The translations under genes and the position numbers were made by a program. From a virus: 64,000 nucleotides of DNA. This document shows, one piece after another, positions 18,512 through 28,007 of the stretch (positions are counted from its first letter, which is position 1; every line of letters starts with the position of its first letter). The notes under the pieces are model-generated. The model searched no databases, was not told where the DNA came from, and was given only the letters and a program-made list of their open reading frames with translations. The stretch spans positions 5,949 through 69,948 of IMG/VR virus record IMGVR_UViG_3300009545_000021. The stretch is one strand, 5' to 3'.

Positions 18512-20734
18512 ATGGCCGTCATTCCAAACATCCGCCTGGCGCCCCCGCCGGACGATCGCCCTGCTTTGCCTGAAAGCCTGGATGTGCAGGTGATCGCCGA
18601 CGGCGATAGCGGCATGCGCATCGATCCCAAGACCGGGGCGCTCGAAATCCCGACGGCCGACGGCGGCGTCATCATCGATTTCAATCCGAATGCGGCTCGC
18701 GATGCCGCCGGCGCCAAAGACCACGATGCCAATCTCGCCGAGTACATCGACGAGATGGGCCTGGGCATGGTCGCCTCCGAGCTGATGACCGGCATTCAAA
18801 ACGACGAACAGAGCCGGGCACAGTGGTTGGAGATGCGGGCGCTCGGCATTCGCCTGCTGGGCCTGTCGCTCAACACGCCGCAATCCGACGTCACCGCCTC
18901 GGCCGCCGGCACCGAAGGCATGTCGACGATCCAGCATCCCCTCATGCTCGAGGCGACGCTGCGCTTTCAGGCCAATGCCCGCGGCGAGCTTCTGCCCTCC
19001 GGCGGCCCGGTCAAGGGCACGTCGATGCTACAGGGTGACGGCCCGAACAAGGACAACCTGGCCGAAGCGCTCGAGCGCGACTTCAACTATTGGCTGACCT
19101 GCATCGCCACCGAATATGTGCCCGATACCGATCGCACGCTGTTTCGGGTCGGCTATGGCGGCTGCGAGTTCAAGAAGGTCTTTCACGACCCGATCCGCCG
19201 GCGCCCGCGCATCGAAAGCGTCGATGCCAAAGACCTGGTGGTCTCGGACGCCTCGACCGACATGGCGAGCTGCGCCCGCATTACCCAGATCATTTCGATG
19301 CGGCGCTCGATCCTCAAGCGCATGCAGATCGTCGGCGCCTATCGCGACGTGCCGCTGTCGCATATGGGCTATCAGATGGCCGATCCCGTCAAGCGCGAGA
19401 TCGCCGAAATGCAGGGCACCATGGCGGTGCCGCAGCGCCCGGAAGATCAGGATTATACGATCTACGAGTGTTATTGCGAGCTGGACCTGCCCGGCTTCGA
19501 GGACAAGGAAAACGGCAAGGCGACCGGCCTGCCGCTGCCCTATAAGGTGACGATCGAGAAGGATAGCCAGCAAATCCTGGAGATCCGGCGCAACTGGCGC
19601 GAAGACGACGAAATGAAGCTGCCGCGCCAGCGCTTCGTCAAATACCCCTTCGTGCCGGGCCTGGGCTTCTACGATATCGGCTTCGTCCACATTCTCGGCA
19701 ACACCACCAACGCCATCACCGCGGCCTGGCGCGAAATGCTCGACGCCGGCATGTTCGCCAATTTTCCGGGCTTCCTCTACGCCAAGATGGCCGGGCGCCA
19801 GCTCACCAACGAATTTCGGGTGCCCCCCGGCGGCGGCGTGCCGATCGAGACCATGGGCCAGCCGATCAATCAGGCGGTGATGCCGCTGCCCTACAAGGAC
19901 ATTTCGCCGGCTTTCGCGCAGTTCACCGACCAGATCGCCCAAACCGGCCAGCGCGTCGGCGGCACGGCGGAAATTCAGGTCGGCGAGGGCAATACCGAGG
20001 CGCCGGTGGGCACGACGCTCGCCTTGATCGAGCAGGCGCAAAAGATCATGGATGCGGTGCACAAGCGCCTGCATGCGGCGCAGTCGGAAGAATTCCAGCT
20101 CCTGAAGGAATGTTTTCGCGAGGACCCTGGCGCTTTCGTCCGGGCCCTGCGTGGAAAAGGCTCGCGCACCGATTGGAACGAGCAGCAGTTCCTGGACGCG
20201 CTCGAGGCCGTCGACATCGTGCCGCGCGCCGACCCCAACACGCCCTCGCACATGCACCGCCTGATGAAGGTGATGGCGGTCAAGCAGCTGCAGGGCGCCA
20301 ATCCGACGCTTTACGATCCGCGCGCCGTCGATGTCTGGGCCCTCAATCAGATCGGCGTCGCCGATGCGCAGTCGCTGTTCGCCCCGCCCAACGCCAATGG
20401 GCCGCCGCCCGACCCAAAACTGATCGCCAAGACCATGGAGCTGCAGCTCAAGGCACAGCAGGCGCAGGCGGACAACGCCGCCGACATCGCCGATACCCAG
20501 CTCAAGGCCAAGACGGCGGTGCAGCAGAGCCAGGACAAGGCCCTGGATCGCCAGTCCAAGGAGAAGATCGCCGCCATGGATCTCGCCCGCGAGATGGTGG
20601 TGCACTCGACCCCGCCCGGCGTCATCGGCGACCAGGTTCACGCCGCCGACCAGGCCGGCATCATGCCCGGCCCCGCCGGTGCCAGCGCCGAGCCTACGCC
20701 TTCCACCCCAACGCCGTCCCCCGAGCTGTTCTGA
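18512..20734 (+). CDS. portal protein (P22-like, long helical C-terminus)
   Basis: 740 aa after terL; HDANLAE, HPLMLEA..FQA, FVPGLGFYDIG, PVGTTLALIEQ; Q/A-rich coiled-coil tail. Confidence 0.88.
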   Translation: MAVIPNIRLAPPPDDRPALPESLDVQVIADGDSGMRIDPKTGALEIPTADGGVIIDFNPNAARDAAGAKDHDANLAEYIDEMGLGMVASELMTGIQNDEQSRAQWLEMRALGIRLLGLSLNTPQSDVTASAAGTEGMSTIQHPLMLEATLRFQANARGELLPSGGPVKGTSMLQGDGPNKDNLAEALERDFNYWLTCIATEYVPDTDRTLFRVGYGGCEFKKVFHDPIRRRPRIESVDAKDLVVSDASTDMASCARITQIISMRRSILKRMQIVGAYRDVPLSHMGYQMADPVKREIAEMQGTMAVPQRPEDQDYTIYECYCELDLPGFEDKENGKATGLPLPYKVTIEKDSQQILEIRRNWREDDEMKLPRQRFVKYPFVPGLGFYDIGFVHILGNTTNAITAAWREMLDAGMFANFPGFLYAKMAGRQLTNEFRVPPGGGVPIETMGQPINQAVMPLPYKDISPAFAQFTDQIAQTGQRVGGTAEIQVGEGNTEAPVGTTLALIEQAQKIMDAVHKRLHAAQSEEFQLLKECFREDPGAFVRALRGKGSRTDWNEQQFLDALEAVDIVPRADPNTPSHMHRLMKVMAVKQLQGANPTLYDPRAVDVWALNQIGVADAQSLFAPPNANGPPPDPKLIAKTMELQLKAQQAQADNAADIADTQLKAKTAVQQSQDKALDRQSKEKIAAMDLAREMVVHSTPPGVIGDQVHAADQAGIMPGPAGASAEPTPSTPTPSPELF

Positions 20735-20746
20735 AAGGGCGCCGAG

Positions 20747-21466
20747 ATGAGCATGAAGAAAGAGGCCAAGGCCTCGCACGCTTCCAAGCGCGCCGCCATG
20801 GGCCTGACCACGGCCTTTCCGATCAAGAAGACGGCCGGCCCCTCCGATGCGCCGCTGAGCAATGACGAGCAGTCTTGGCAGCTGCCGGCGGCCGGGCGCA
20901 AGCATGGCGGGCGCATCGGCATTCCCGGCGGCGGCGCCAAGCACCGCCTCGATCGCAAGGGGCCCGGGAAGGCAGTCGGCGCGCCGGGCTTCGCCATGCA
21001 GAGCGCTGCACCGGCGATGGATTCCGGCGCGCCGTCGCCCGATCTCGAGATGAAGAAGGGAGGTGCGGTCAAGCGCGCCGATGGTGGGCGTGTTGGCTAC
21101 GCCGATGGCGGCCCGGTCAAGCAGAAGAAGGGCGCGACCACAGTCAATGTCGTGATCGCGCAGGCGCCCTCCGGCGGCGCCGGCGGCGCGCCCATGCCGC
21201 CGATCACCCCGCCGATGGGCCCACCCCCTGGGCCTCCGCCGGGACCGCCTCCGGGTCCCCCGCCCGGCGGCATGGGGGGAGGGGCCCCGACCATCATCAA
21301 CGCCCCGCCTGGCGCGGGCGGTGGACCGCCGCCGCCGATGCGCAAGGATGGCGGCCGGGTCGACAAGTCGCTGGCCATGGATGACGGCGCCGGCGGCGGC
21401 CTCGGCCGGCTCGAGAAGGTCAAGAAGTACGGCGCCAATGCCGGCAAGACCCCGCCGGGGCCTTGA
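20747..21466 (+). CDS. basic Gly/Pro-rich head-module protein with repeated xxxGGxV motifs
   Basis: RKHGGRI, MKKGGAV, RADGGRV, YADGGPV, RKDGGRV; (GPPP)n tract. Confidence 0.75.
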   Translation: MSMKKEAKASHASKRAAMGLTTAFPIKKTAGPSDAPLSNDEQSWQLPAAGRKHGGRIGIPGGGAKHRLDRKGPGKAVGAPGFAMQSAAPAMDSGAPSPDLEMKKGGAVKRADGGRVGYADGGPVKQKKGATTVNVVIAQAPSGGAGGAPMPPITPPMGPPPGPPPGPPPGPPPGGMGGGAPTIINAPPGAGGGPPPPMRKDGGRVDKSLAMDDGAGGGLGRLEKVKKYGANAGKTPPGP

Positions 21467-21684
21467 ACCATGTACGTCATCGCGCGATCGGACATTGAGG
21501 ACATCAAGAGGGCCTTGCGCAAGGCCGTCTGGAAGGATGCCAATGGCCTGATCATCGATCAGAGCAAGCACGAGACCTATTACGAAAAGGCGGCTGAGGT
21601 CGCCCTTTCGATCCTGTCCCCGCATGCTTTCCATGAGATCCGGCCGAGCGATACGGTGCCGATCAACCTGTTCGACATCCGTAA

Positions 21685-21909
21685 GTGAATTCGCTCGATA
21701 TCGATTTTGCGCGTCGCCTCGACGCGCTGCTGCGCGAAGAGATTGAGACCCGCACCAACAACATCGCCGCCGGCCATGCGCAGGACTACGCGAAGTATCG
21801 CGAGATGGTCGGCGGCCTGTTCGCCCTGCAAGCCCTGCGAGAAATCGTCCATCGCGTGCACGACGAACTGATGCACGGCCCAACCCCCACACAAAGGCAA
21901 ATGTCATGA
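21685..21909 (+). CDS. small conserved head-module protein
   Basis: GHAQDYAKYREMVG helical hairpin, positioned before the GroES-like gene. Confidence 0.6.
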   Translation: MNSLDIDFARRLDALLREEIETRTNNIAAGHAQDYAKYREMVGGLFALQALREIVHRVHDELMHGPTPTQRQMS

Positions 21910-22313
21910 CGGTGAGCGCCCTTCCGCGCGCCCCCGGGCTGCTGCAGCAGTCCAGCGAAGAGGATATTCGCAAGCAGATCGGCGACCTGAGCCGCTTCAC
22001 GGTGATGCACAATCAGGTGCTGGTCGCCATTTTCATCCGCCCGGAAAAGACCGCTGCCGGCATCTACCTGCCGAACCAGACTCTGAAAGAGGATGTCTGG
22101 CAGGGCAAGGTTGGCCTGGTCCTGAAAAAGGGCCCGCTCGCCTTCGTTTCCGACAATCGCACCGATTTCGGCGGCCTCGACGTCGAGCCGGGCGATTGGG
22201 CTGTGTTTCGCGTCTCCGATGGCCTGCAACTCAACGTCAACGGGGTGGTCTGCCGCCTCGTCGAGGACGTGCACATCAAGGCCGTCACCCCCGATCCCCT
22301 CCTGATCTACTGA
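21906..22313 (+). CDS. GroES/Cpn10-like co-chaperonin
   Basis: HNQVLV, mobile loop EKTAAGIYLP, GLVLKKGP, VEPGDWAVF, EDVHIKAV. Confidence 0.85.
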   Translation: MTVSALPRAPGLLQQSSEEDIRKQIGDLSRFTVMHNQVLVAIFIRPEKTAAGIYLPNQTLKEDVWQGKVGLVLKKGPLAFVSDNRTDFGGLDVEPGDWAVFRVSDGLQLNVNGVVCRLVEDVHIKAVTPDPLLIY

Positions 22314-22321
22314 GCACGGCG

Positions 22322-23275
22322 ATGGCCATCGACAAAAACGACGACGATCTCATCCTCGACATCCCGGAGTCGGATGTCGCCGGCAAAGCTGAGCCGGCAA
22401 AGTCTTCCGAAGACGAGGGCGTTGCCGCCCTCAAGGCCCGGGTCGAGGAAGCCAAGAAGGCGCGCGAGGCCGATCGCCTGGCGCGCGAGGAATCCGAGCG
22501 CCGCGCCGCCTCCGCCAGCGAGGAAGCCAATCGCCTGCGCCGCGACATGGCCTCGGTGCGGGCCGAAGCCTCGTCCGATCGCCTGAATATGGTGGTCGCG
22601 GCCATCGACAGCGTGCAGCGCGAGGCGGAAATGGCCACGGCCGCCTTCGAAGCCGCCGCCACCACCGGTGATTACAAGGCTTTGGCCAAGGCGCAGCGCG
22701 AAATCTCGCGTGCCGAGGCCCGTCTCATGCAGCTTGAGGCCTCGAAAGATGCGGTTTCGGCCGAAATCAGCGCCGCCAAGGGCCGCGCCGAGCAGCCGCA
22801 GCGCGCCGAGAGCAACAATTCGGACCCGGCCGACCGCTATATCGCCAGTTTGACGCCGCGCAGCGCCGTTTGGATGGCACAGCACCGCGATTTGCTCGCC
22901 AGCAATGGTGCGCCGAAGCAAGAATTGATCGCAGCGCACAATCTCGCCCTCGCCAAGGGCCATCAGGCCGATTCCGACGGCTATTTCAGCTATATCGAGC
23001 GCAAATTGACCGAATTTCGCAATGAAGACGCTGAAACCGGCACCGCTGAGCCCGACAACGGCAATATCGTCGTCGATCTCGCCCCCAAGCGCAGCGCCGC
23101 CCCCTCCGCCCCGGTCAGCCGCAGCGCGCCGGGCGACCGCAACAACGGCACCCGCGTCACTTTGAACCGCGAACAGCTCGAAGCGGCCGAAATCGCCGGC
23201 ATGACGCCGTCCGAATACGCCGAATCGCTGCGCAGCCCCGAAACCAAGGCGCGTTTGGCGCGCTATATCCGCTGA
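22322..23275 (+). CDS. probable scaffolding protein
   Basis: Acidic N-terminus, long coiled coil, C-terminal APVSR...VTLNREQLEAAEIAGMTPSEYA; upstream of capsid. Confidence 0.7.
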   Translation: MAIDKNDDDLILDIPESDVAGKAEPAKSSEDEGVAALKARVEEAKKAREADRLAREESERRAASASEEANRLRRDMASVRAEASSDRLNMVVAAIDSVQREAEMATAAFEAAATTGDYKALAKAQREISRAEARLMQLEASKDAVSAEISAAKGRAEQPQRAESNNSDPADRYIASLTPRSAVWMAQHRDLLASNGAPKQELIAAHNLALAKGHQADSDGYFSYIERKLTEFRNEDAETGTAEPDNGNIVVDLAPKRSAAPSAPVSRSAPGDRNNGTRVTLNREQLEAAEIAGMTPSEYAESLRSPETKARLARYIR

Positions 23276-23286
23276 AGGAGGCCGAA

Positions 23287-23829
23287 ATGGCCGAACGCAC
23301 CCCCAAATACCGCTATACCGAGGAAGAGGCCGCCCTGGCCGAAGGTTTGACGCCGCCGGCCCCGCCGGCCGCCGCCCGTTCGGCGCTGCGCAGTGAATCG
23401 ACGCATGGCCGGGTGCGCAAGCGCAAGGGTGGCTCGACCCTCAACCGTTTCCATGTCGATGCCTGGAAGATTCCGCCCGGCTGGTCCTATGAATGGAAGC
23501 GCCACACCCTCGCGGGACAGCAGGACCCGGCCTATGCGGTCGAAATGGCCGAGCAGGGCTGGGAAGCCGTGCCGGTCGATCGTCACCCCGAATTCATGCC
23601 GTCCGGTTGGACCGGCCCGATTTTGCGGGACGGCATGCTGCTCATGGAGCGGCCGATCGAGCTGACGCGCGAGGCTCAGGAAGAGGACATGGCCAATGCC
23701 CGCATGACGGTGCGCATCAACGAAGCGCGCCTCAACGGCACCCCGGCCGGCTCCTTCGATCGCACCAAGGCGAGCGTTCGCCACGAGCACACCGACGGCC
23801 TGGCGGAAAGTTTCGAGATTCCGGGCTAA
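23287..23829 (+). CDS. conserved head-module protein
   Basis: AAGGAGG RBS; IPPGWSYEWKR...GWEAV...GMLLMERP. Confidence 0.7.
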   Translation: MAERTPKYRYTEEEAALAEGLTPPAPPAAARSALRSESTHGRVRKRKGGSTLNRFHVDAWKIPPGWSYEWKRHTLAGQQDPAYAVEMAEQGWEAVPVDRHPEFMPSGWTGPILRDGMLLMERPIELTREAQEEDMANARMTVRINEARLNGTPAGSFDRTKASVRHEHTDGLAESFEIPG

Positions 23830-23956
23830 CGGGTCTTGCGAAAGCGCCAGATCCGAGTCAATCGTAACGGCATCTGCGCTTCCTCGGGTCGAGGGAGCAT
23901 CACCCGATCACGGCACGGCGGGACGCTGGCTGGATCATCCCATTGGATGACCAGTC

Positions 23957-24556
23957 ATGGCCAACACCAATGCCCCGTTTGGGTTCGTGCCGACCAGCAA
24001 CATGTCTGGTGCGGCGCCCAATTACGGGCAGGTCACCCGCCTCGCGCAATACAACGCCGCGGCCATCTACACGGGTGACGTCGTCGCTTCGCAGGCCGAC
24101 GGCACCATCGCCATCGCTTCCCCCGGCACCACGCAGATCTTCGGCATCTTTGTCGGCTGCGAATACCTGTCGGTGTCGCAGGGCAAGCTGATCTGGAACA
24201 ATTATTGGCCGGGCAGCGACGTCGCCTCGGGCAATTACGTCACCTGCTACTGCATCAACGATCCCGCGGCCCTGTTCACGGCGCAGGCCGGCGGCTCGAC
24301 CTCGACGGGCATCGTGCTCGCCGACATCGGCAACAACGTCAATTTCGCGGTCGGCACCCCGACGGCGGCCAATGGCCGTTCCGGCGCCTATGTCGACGTG
24401 ACGACGCTGTCGCCGTCCACCACCACGCGCCCCTTCCGCATCATCTCGCTGATCACCGCGCCGCCCGGCGCGAACGGCACCGATGCGACCTCCGCCTACA
24501 ACCAGATCGTCGTCGGCTTCAACTTCGCCGATAGCCGCTCCACCACCGGCACGTAA
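23957..24556 (+). CDS. probable capsid decoration/cement protein
   Basis: MANTNAPFGFVP..., GIFVGCEY, beta-rich, immediately before the capsid gene. Confidence 0.7.
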   Translation: MANTNAPFGFVPTSNMSGAAPNYGQVTRLAQYNAAAIYTGDVVASQADGTIAIASPGTTQIFGIFVGCEYLSVSQGKLIWNNYWPGSDVASGNYVTCYCINDPAALFTAQAGGSTSTGIVLADIGNNVNFAVGTPTAANGRSGAYVDVTTLSPSTTTRPFRIISLITAPPGANGTDATSAYNQIVVGFNFADSRSTTGT

Positions 24557-24568
24557 GGGAGAGATCCG

Positions 24569-25483
24569 ATGCCTGTTAATCTCTCCCAAATCCGCGACCT
24601 TCTGGTTCCCGGCCTGCGCGGCGTCATCGGCAAGTACGCCCAGATTCCGATGCGCTGGGACAAGATGTACGAAAAGGCCAACTCGAAGATGGCCTTGGAG
24701 CGCACCGCTGAGATGCGCTTCCTGTCGCTGGCCCGCCTGAAGACCGAAGGGGGCCAGACCTCTTTCGACAATCAGGCCGGCGAGCGCTACGTCTACAACC
24801 AGAGCCACAATGAAATTGCGCTCGGTTACGCGATGACCCGCAAGGCCATCGATGACAACCTGTACAAGACGCAGTTTCAGCCCTCGAACCTCGGCCTCAA
24901 CGAATCCTTCGCGCAGACGAAGGAAATCTATGCGGCCAATCAGTTCAACACCGCCACCACCTACAATTCGGCGGTGGGCGGCGACGGCAAGGCTTTGTGC
25001 GCCACCGATCACCCGATCGACGGCGGCACCTATGCCAACACCCCGAGCGTGCAGGTCGACCTGAACGAGTCCTCGCTGCTCTCGGCGATGATCTCGATCC
25101 GCACCGGCTTCTACGATCAGGCGGGGCTGCGCGTCTTTGCGCAGGGCCGCAAGCTCCTGATCCCGCCGCAGCTCGAGCCCGTCGCCATCCGGTTGACCAA
25201 GACCGAACTGCGCCCGGGCACGGCCGACAACGATGTGAACGCGATCCTGTCGACCGCCGGCGGCCTGCCGGAAGGTTACATGGTGAACGAATATTTCACC
25301 TCGCAGTATGCCTGGTTCCTCCTGACCAATATCAAGGGCCTCGTTTACATGGAACGAGTGCCCTATGAGATGGATATGGAGGTCGACTTTACTACGGATA
25401 ACCTCCTGGTGAAGGGCTACGAGCGGTATTCGTTCGGCTACTACAACCCGCGCGCCATCTGGGGCTCGTTCCCGACCAGCTGA
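24569..25483 (+). CDS. major capsid protein
   Basis: 304 aa; LSQIRDLLVPGL, KTEGG, GGDGKALCATDHP, KLLIPPQL, C-terminal ERYSFGYYNPRAIWGS. Confidence 0.85.
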   Translation: MPVNLSQIRDLLVPGLRGVIGKYAQIPMRWDKMYEKANSKMALERTAEMRFLSLARLKTEGGQTSFDNQAGERYVYNQSHNEIALGYAMTRKAIDDNLYKTQFQPSNLGLNESFAQTKEIYAANQFNTATTYNSAVGGDGKALCATDHPIDGGTYANTPSVQVDLNESSLLSAMISIRTGFYDQAGLRVFAQGRKLLIPPQLEPVAIRLTKTELRPGTADNDVNAILSTAGGLPEGYMVNEYFTSQYAWFLLTNIKGLVYMERVPYEMDMEVDFTTDNLLVKGYERYSFGYYNPRAIWGSFPTS

Positions 25484-25494
25484 GGGGTAGCCCC

Positions 25495-26415
25495 ATGACC
25501 ACGACCGCATTTTCCGGTCCCGTCGTCGTCTTCGGATCGACGGCGGGCCCGCTCGAGTACAATCCCCAGCGTGGTCCGTCGATGTTCGACGAAGGCACGC
25601 TGGTGATGGACCCGCGCGATGCGCTGCGCTACATCCCCGGCCAGCGCGGCGACCAGCCGAACTATGGCTGGTCGATGATGGGCATGATCCCGGTCATCTC
25701 CGATGTGCCGCCGACGCTGACCGCGACGGCGATTGCCGCCTCGCAGACGCCCGTCGCCGGGACCGCCTTGACGCTGGTTTCGGTCTCCGGTGCCGGCATT
25801 GTTGCCGGTGCCTCGCTGGTGCGCACCGATACCGGCGCCACCGTCACCGGCCTCTTGGCGATCGAGGTGGCGGTGACGCCGGTGACCTTCGGCTCCGGCG
25901 GCTCGGGCAACGGCGGCCCGGTCAATGCCTGGGACCCGACGACGATGCTCTCGCGCGCCGTGCGCATCGTTTCGGCCGGTGACGACAGCAACGCCACCTT
26001 CGTGGTGCGCGGCTATGACATCTACAAGTATCCTGTCACCGAAACCATCACCGGCGCCAACGGCACCGCCACCGGCAAGAAGGCGTTCAAGTACATCGCC
26101 TCGATCACGCCGGCCGGCACCCTGTCCGGCTCGGCCGTCACCGTCGGCACCACCGACGTCATCGGCCTGCCGCTCTATGCCGGCTCGGTCGGCGAAGTGT
26201 TCTGCTACTGGAATTCGCTCGTCACCCTGCCGACCTTCGTCGCCGGCGTGACCACCTCGCCGGCGACGGCGACGACCGGCGATGTCCGCGGCACGATCAC
26301 CTTGCCCACCGCCTCGGATGCGACCAAGCGCCTGGCGCTCTTCCAGTCGCCGAACCCCGCCAACTTCAAGACGACGGCCCTGCAGGTCGGCGTCACGCAA
26401 TACGCCGACTTCTGA
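25495..26415 (+). CDS. virion structural protein
   Basis: T/G/A-rich beta protein after capsid; MTTTAFSGPV. Confidence 0.65.
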   Translation: MTTTAFSGPVVVFGSTAGPLEYNPQRGPSMFDEGTLVMDPRDALRYIPGQRGDQPNYGWSMMGMIPVISDVPPTLTATAIAASQTPVAGTALTLVSVSGAGIVAGASLVRTDTGATVTGLLAIEVAVTPVTFGSGGSGNGGPVNAWDPTTMLSRAVRIVSAGDDSNATFVVRGYDIYKYPVTETITGANGTATGKKAFKYIASITPAGTLSGSAVTVGTTDVIGLPLYAGSVGEVFCYWNSLVTLPTFVAGVTTSPATATTGDVRGTITLPTASDATKRLALFQSPNPANFKTTALQVGVTQYADF

Positions 26416-26427
26416 GGAGAGTGAGCC

Positions 26428-26748
26428 ATGAAGGGTCACAAGAAGCACCGTGCCTATGGCGGCGTCGTCGACAAGGACGAGCCGGCCAAGGACGCCTATG
26501 CGGGCGGTGAATCCAACGTCCGCAAGGAAGCGAACGAGAAGGCGGCCGGTGGCCGCGTCGGCCGCAAGTTCGGCGGCAAGATCGACAGTGGCAAGGATCT
26601 CGGCAAGATCGAGGGCAAGGCCGCCAAGATGCATCTCGGCCGCCCTGGTCGCAAATCCGGCGGGCGCGTCGGCGCCGATTCCTCGCCGCTGTCTTCGGCC
26701 GCCAAGACCTCGAATGCGCCGGGACATGATGCCTCGGAGTGTGGTTAG
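26428..26748 (+). CDS. basic Lys/Gly-rich protein with xxxGGxV repeats
   Basis: GAGGAG RBS; RAYGGVV, KAAGGRV, RKFGGKI, RKSGGRV. Confidence 0.75.
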   Translation: MKGHKKHRAYGGVVDKDEPAKDAYAGGESNVRKEANEKAAGGRVGRKFGGKIDSGKDLGKIEGKAAKMHLGRPGRKSGGRVGADSSPLSSAAKTSNAPGHDASECG

Positions 26749-26963
26749 GCCCTGCCTATAGCCGCGGGGGACGTCTGACCACAGCGCAGCGCAACGACAT
26801 GCCCGCCAAGGAGTTCGCTCTTCCTGGCGGGCGTTATCCTATCAACGACCCGAGCCACGCCCGCAACGCCCTGGCGCGCGTCAGCGGCAATGGTTCGCCG
26901 GCCGAAAAGGCCAAGGTCCGGGCGGCGGTGCACCGCAAATATCCCGATATCGGCAAGGACTGA
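26739..26963 (+). CDS. small basic helical domain (DUF6582-like)
   Basis: EFALPGGRYPINDPSHARNALARV...KVRAAVHRKYP; start codon uncertain. Confidence 0.65.
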   Translation: MWLGPAYSRGGRLTTAQRNDMPAKEFALPGGRYPINDPSHARNALARVSGNGSPAEKAKVRAAVHRKYPDIGKD

Positions 26964-26967
26964 CGCC

Positions 26968-27282
26968 ATGGGCGCCACCGTGACCGGTCAAATCGCGGAC
27001 CTTCGACGTGAAGTCCGCGAAATCCTCCACCTTCTCAAAGCCACGAGGTTTTCGATCATGTCCGCTCTTTCCGACCTCCAAGCCGCCGTTGCGCAGGAAA
27101 CCACGGTTTCGCAGTCGGCGATCACCCTGTTGCAGGGCCTCAAGGCCCAGCTCGATGCCCTGATCGCCGCCGGCAATGACGATCCGGCTCTGGCCGCCCT
27201 GACGGCGCAGCTGTCGACCGACACGAGCGCGCTCGCCGCGGCCGTCAGCGCCAACACGCCGGCCAGCCCGCCGACGCCCTGA
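26968..27282 (+). CDS. Ala-rich coiled-coil phage protein (start may be 27058)
   Basis: LSDLQAAVAQETTVSQSAITLLQGLKAQL...AAVSANTP. Confidence 0.6.
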   Translation: MGATVTGQIADLRREVREILHLLKATRFSIMSALSDLQAAVAQETTVSQSAITLLQGLKAQLDALIAAGNDDPALAALTAQLSTDTSALAAAVSANTPASPPTP

Positions 27283-27314
27283 AATCGGCTGCATCGTTCT
27301 GAAAACGACTGACC

Positions 27315-27338
27315 TGGGGCGCTTCGGCGCCCCATTTC
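27315..27338 (+). terminator. hairpin/weak intrinsic terminator after head genes
   Basis: TGGGGCGC-TTCG-GCGCCCCA-TTTC. Confidence 0.6.
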
Positions 27339-27355
27339 ATTAACCGAGGCACCTC

Positions 27356-28006
27356 ATGGGTCTTCCGATCACCGTCACCAAGACCCTGGCGGCTGCCTCG
27401 GTCAACAATATCGCCCTGTCGCAAACTCCGTCCGGCGCCGGCAATCTGACGCTCAACGGCTCGACCGTCACTGGCGGCGTCGCCACGCTCGACACGGCGC
27501 GGCGCGTGCTCTTCACCTTCGCCGCCAATGAGGCGGCCCGCACTTTCGTGGTCTATGGCACCAACGAATACGGCAACGCCCAGCAGGAAAACGTCACCGG
27601 CACCGCTTCCACCGCGGTGACGCTGAAGGACTACAAGACCGTCACCCGGATTTCGGTTGATGCGGCCACGGCCGGCGCCCTGACGGTCGGCACCAACGGC
27701 GTTGGGGCCAGCGCCTGGCTCTCGGTCAGCCGCAGCATGACGCCCTCCAACATTTCGGCCAGCGTCGTCGTCACCGGCACGGTCAACTACACCGTGCAAT
27801 ACACCTACGACCCCGATCCGTTCGGCTTTACGCCCAATCCGAGCGGCCCCGTCGCCACCACCTTCAACCATCCCCTCCTCACGGCCCAGACCGCCACCGC
27901 CGAAGGCACCTTCACCTATCCGGTGACGGCGATCCGGCTGGTGGTGAATTCGGGCACGGGCAGCGCCGCCCTGACGCTGCTGCAGGCCGGCATTGCGGGA
28001 CCCTGA
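27356..28006 (+). CDS. virion structural protein
   Basis: GAGG RBS; T/A/G-rich, N-terminal half resembles part of 25495-26415. Confidence 0.65.
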   Translation: MGLPITVTKTLAAASVNNIALSQTPSGAGNLTLNGSTVTGGVATLDTARRVLFTFAANEAARTFVVYGTNEYGNAQQENVTGTASTAVTLKDYKTVTRISVDAATAGALTVGTNGVGASAWLSVSRSMTPSNISASVVVTGTVNYTVQYTYDPDPFGFTPNPSGPVATTFNHPLLTAQTATAEGTFTYPVTAIRLVVNSGTGSAALTLLQAGIAGP

Positions 28007-28007
28007 G

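Noticed and set aside
15460-20734. Intein or intron in terL/portal
   Set aside because: Lengths are normal, motifs contiguous, no splice-junction signatures seen
21215-21270. (GPPP)n tract as a DNA repeat element or collagen
   Set aside because: Four-residue period with varied codons: low-complexity protein linker
19028-22012. Very long antisense ORFs (also 23900-25510, 29061-31211, 40128-41885, 45209-47338)
   Set aside because: Shadow frames opposite well-supported genes, expected from high GC3
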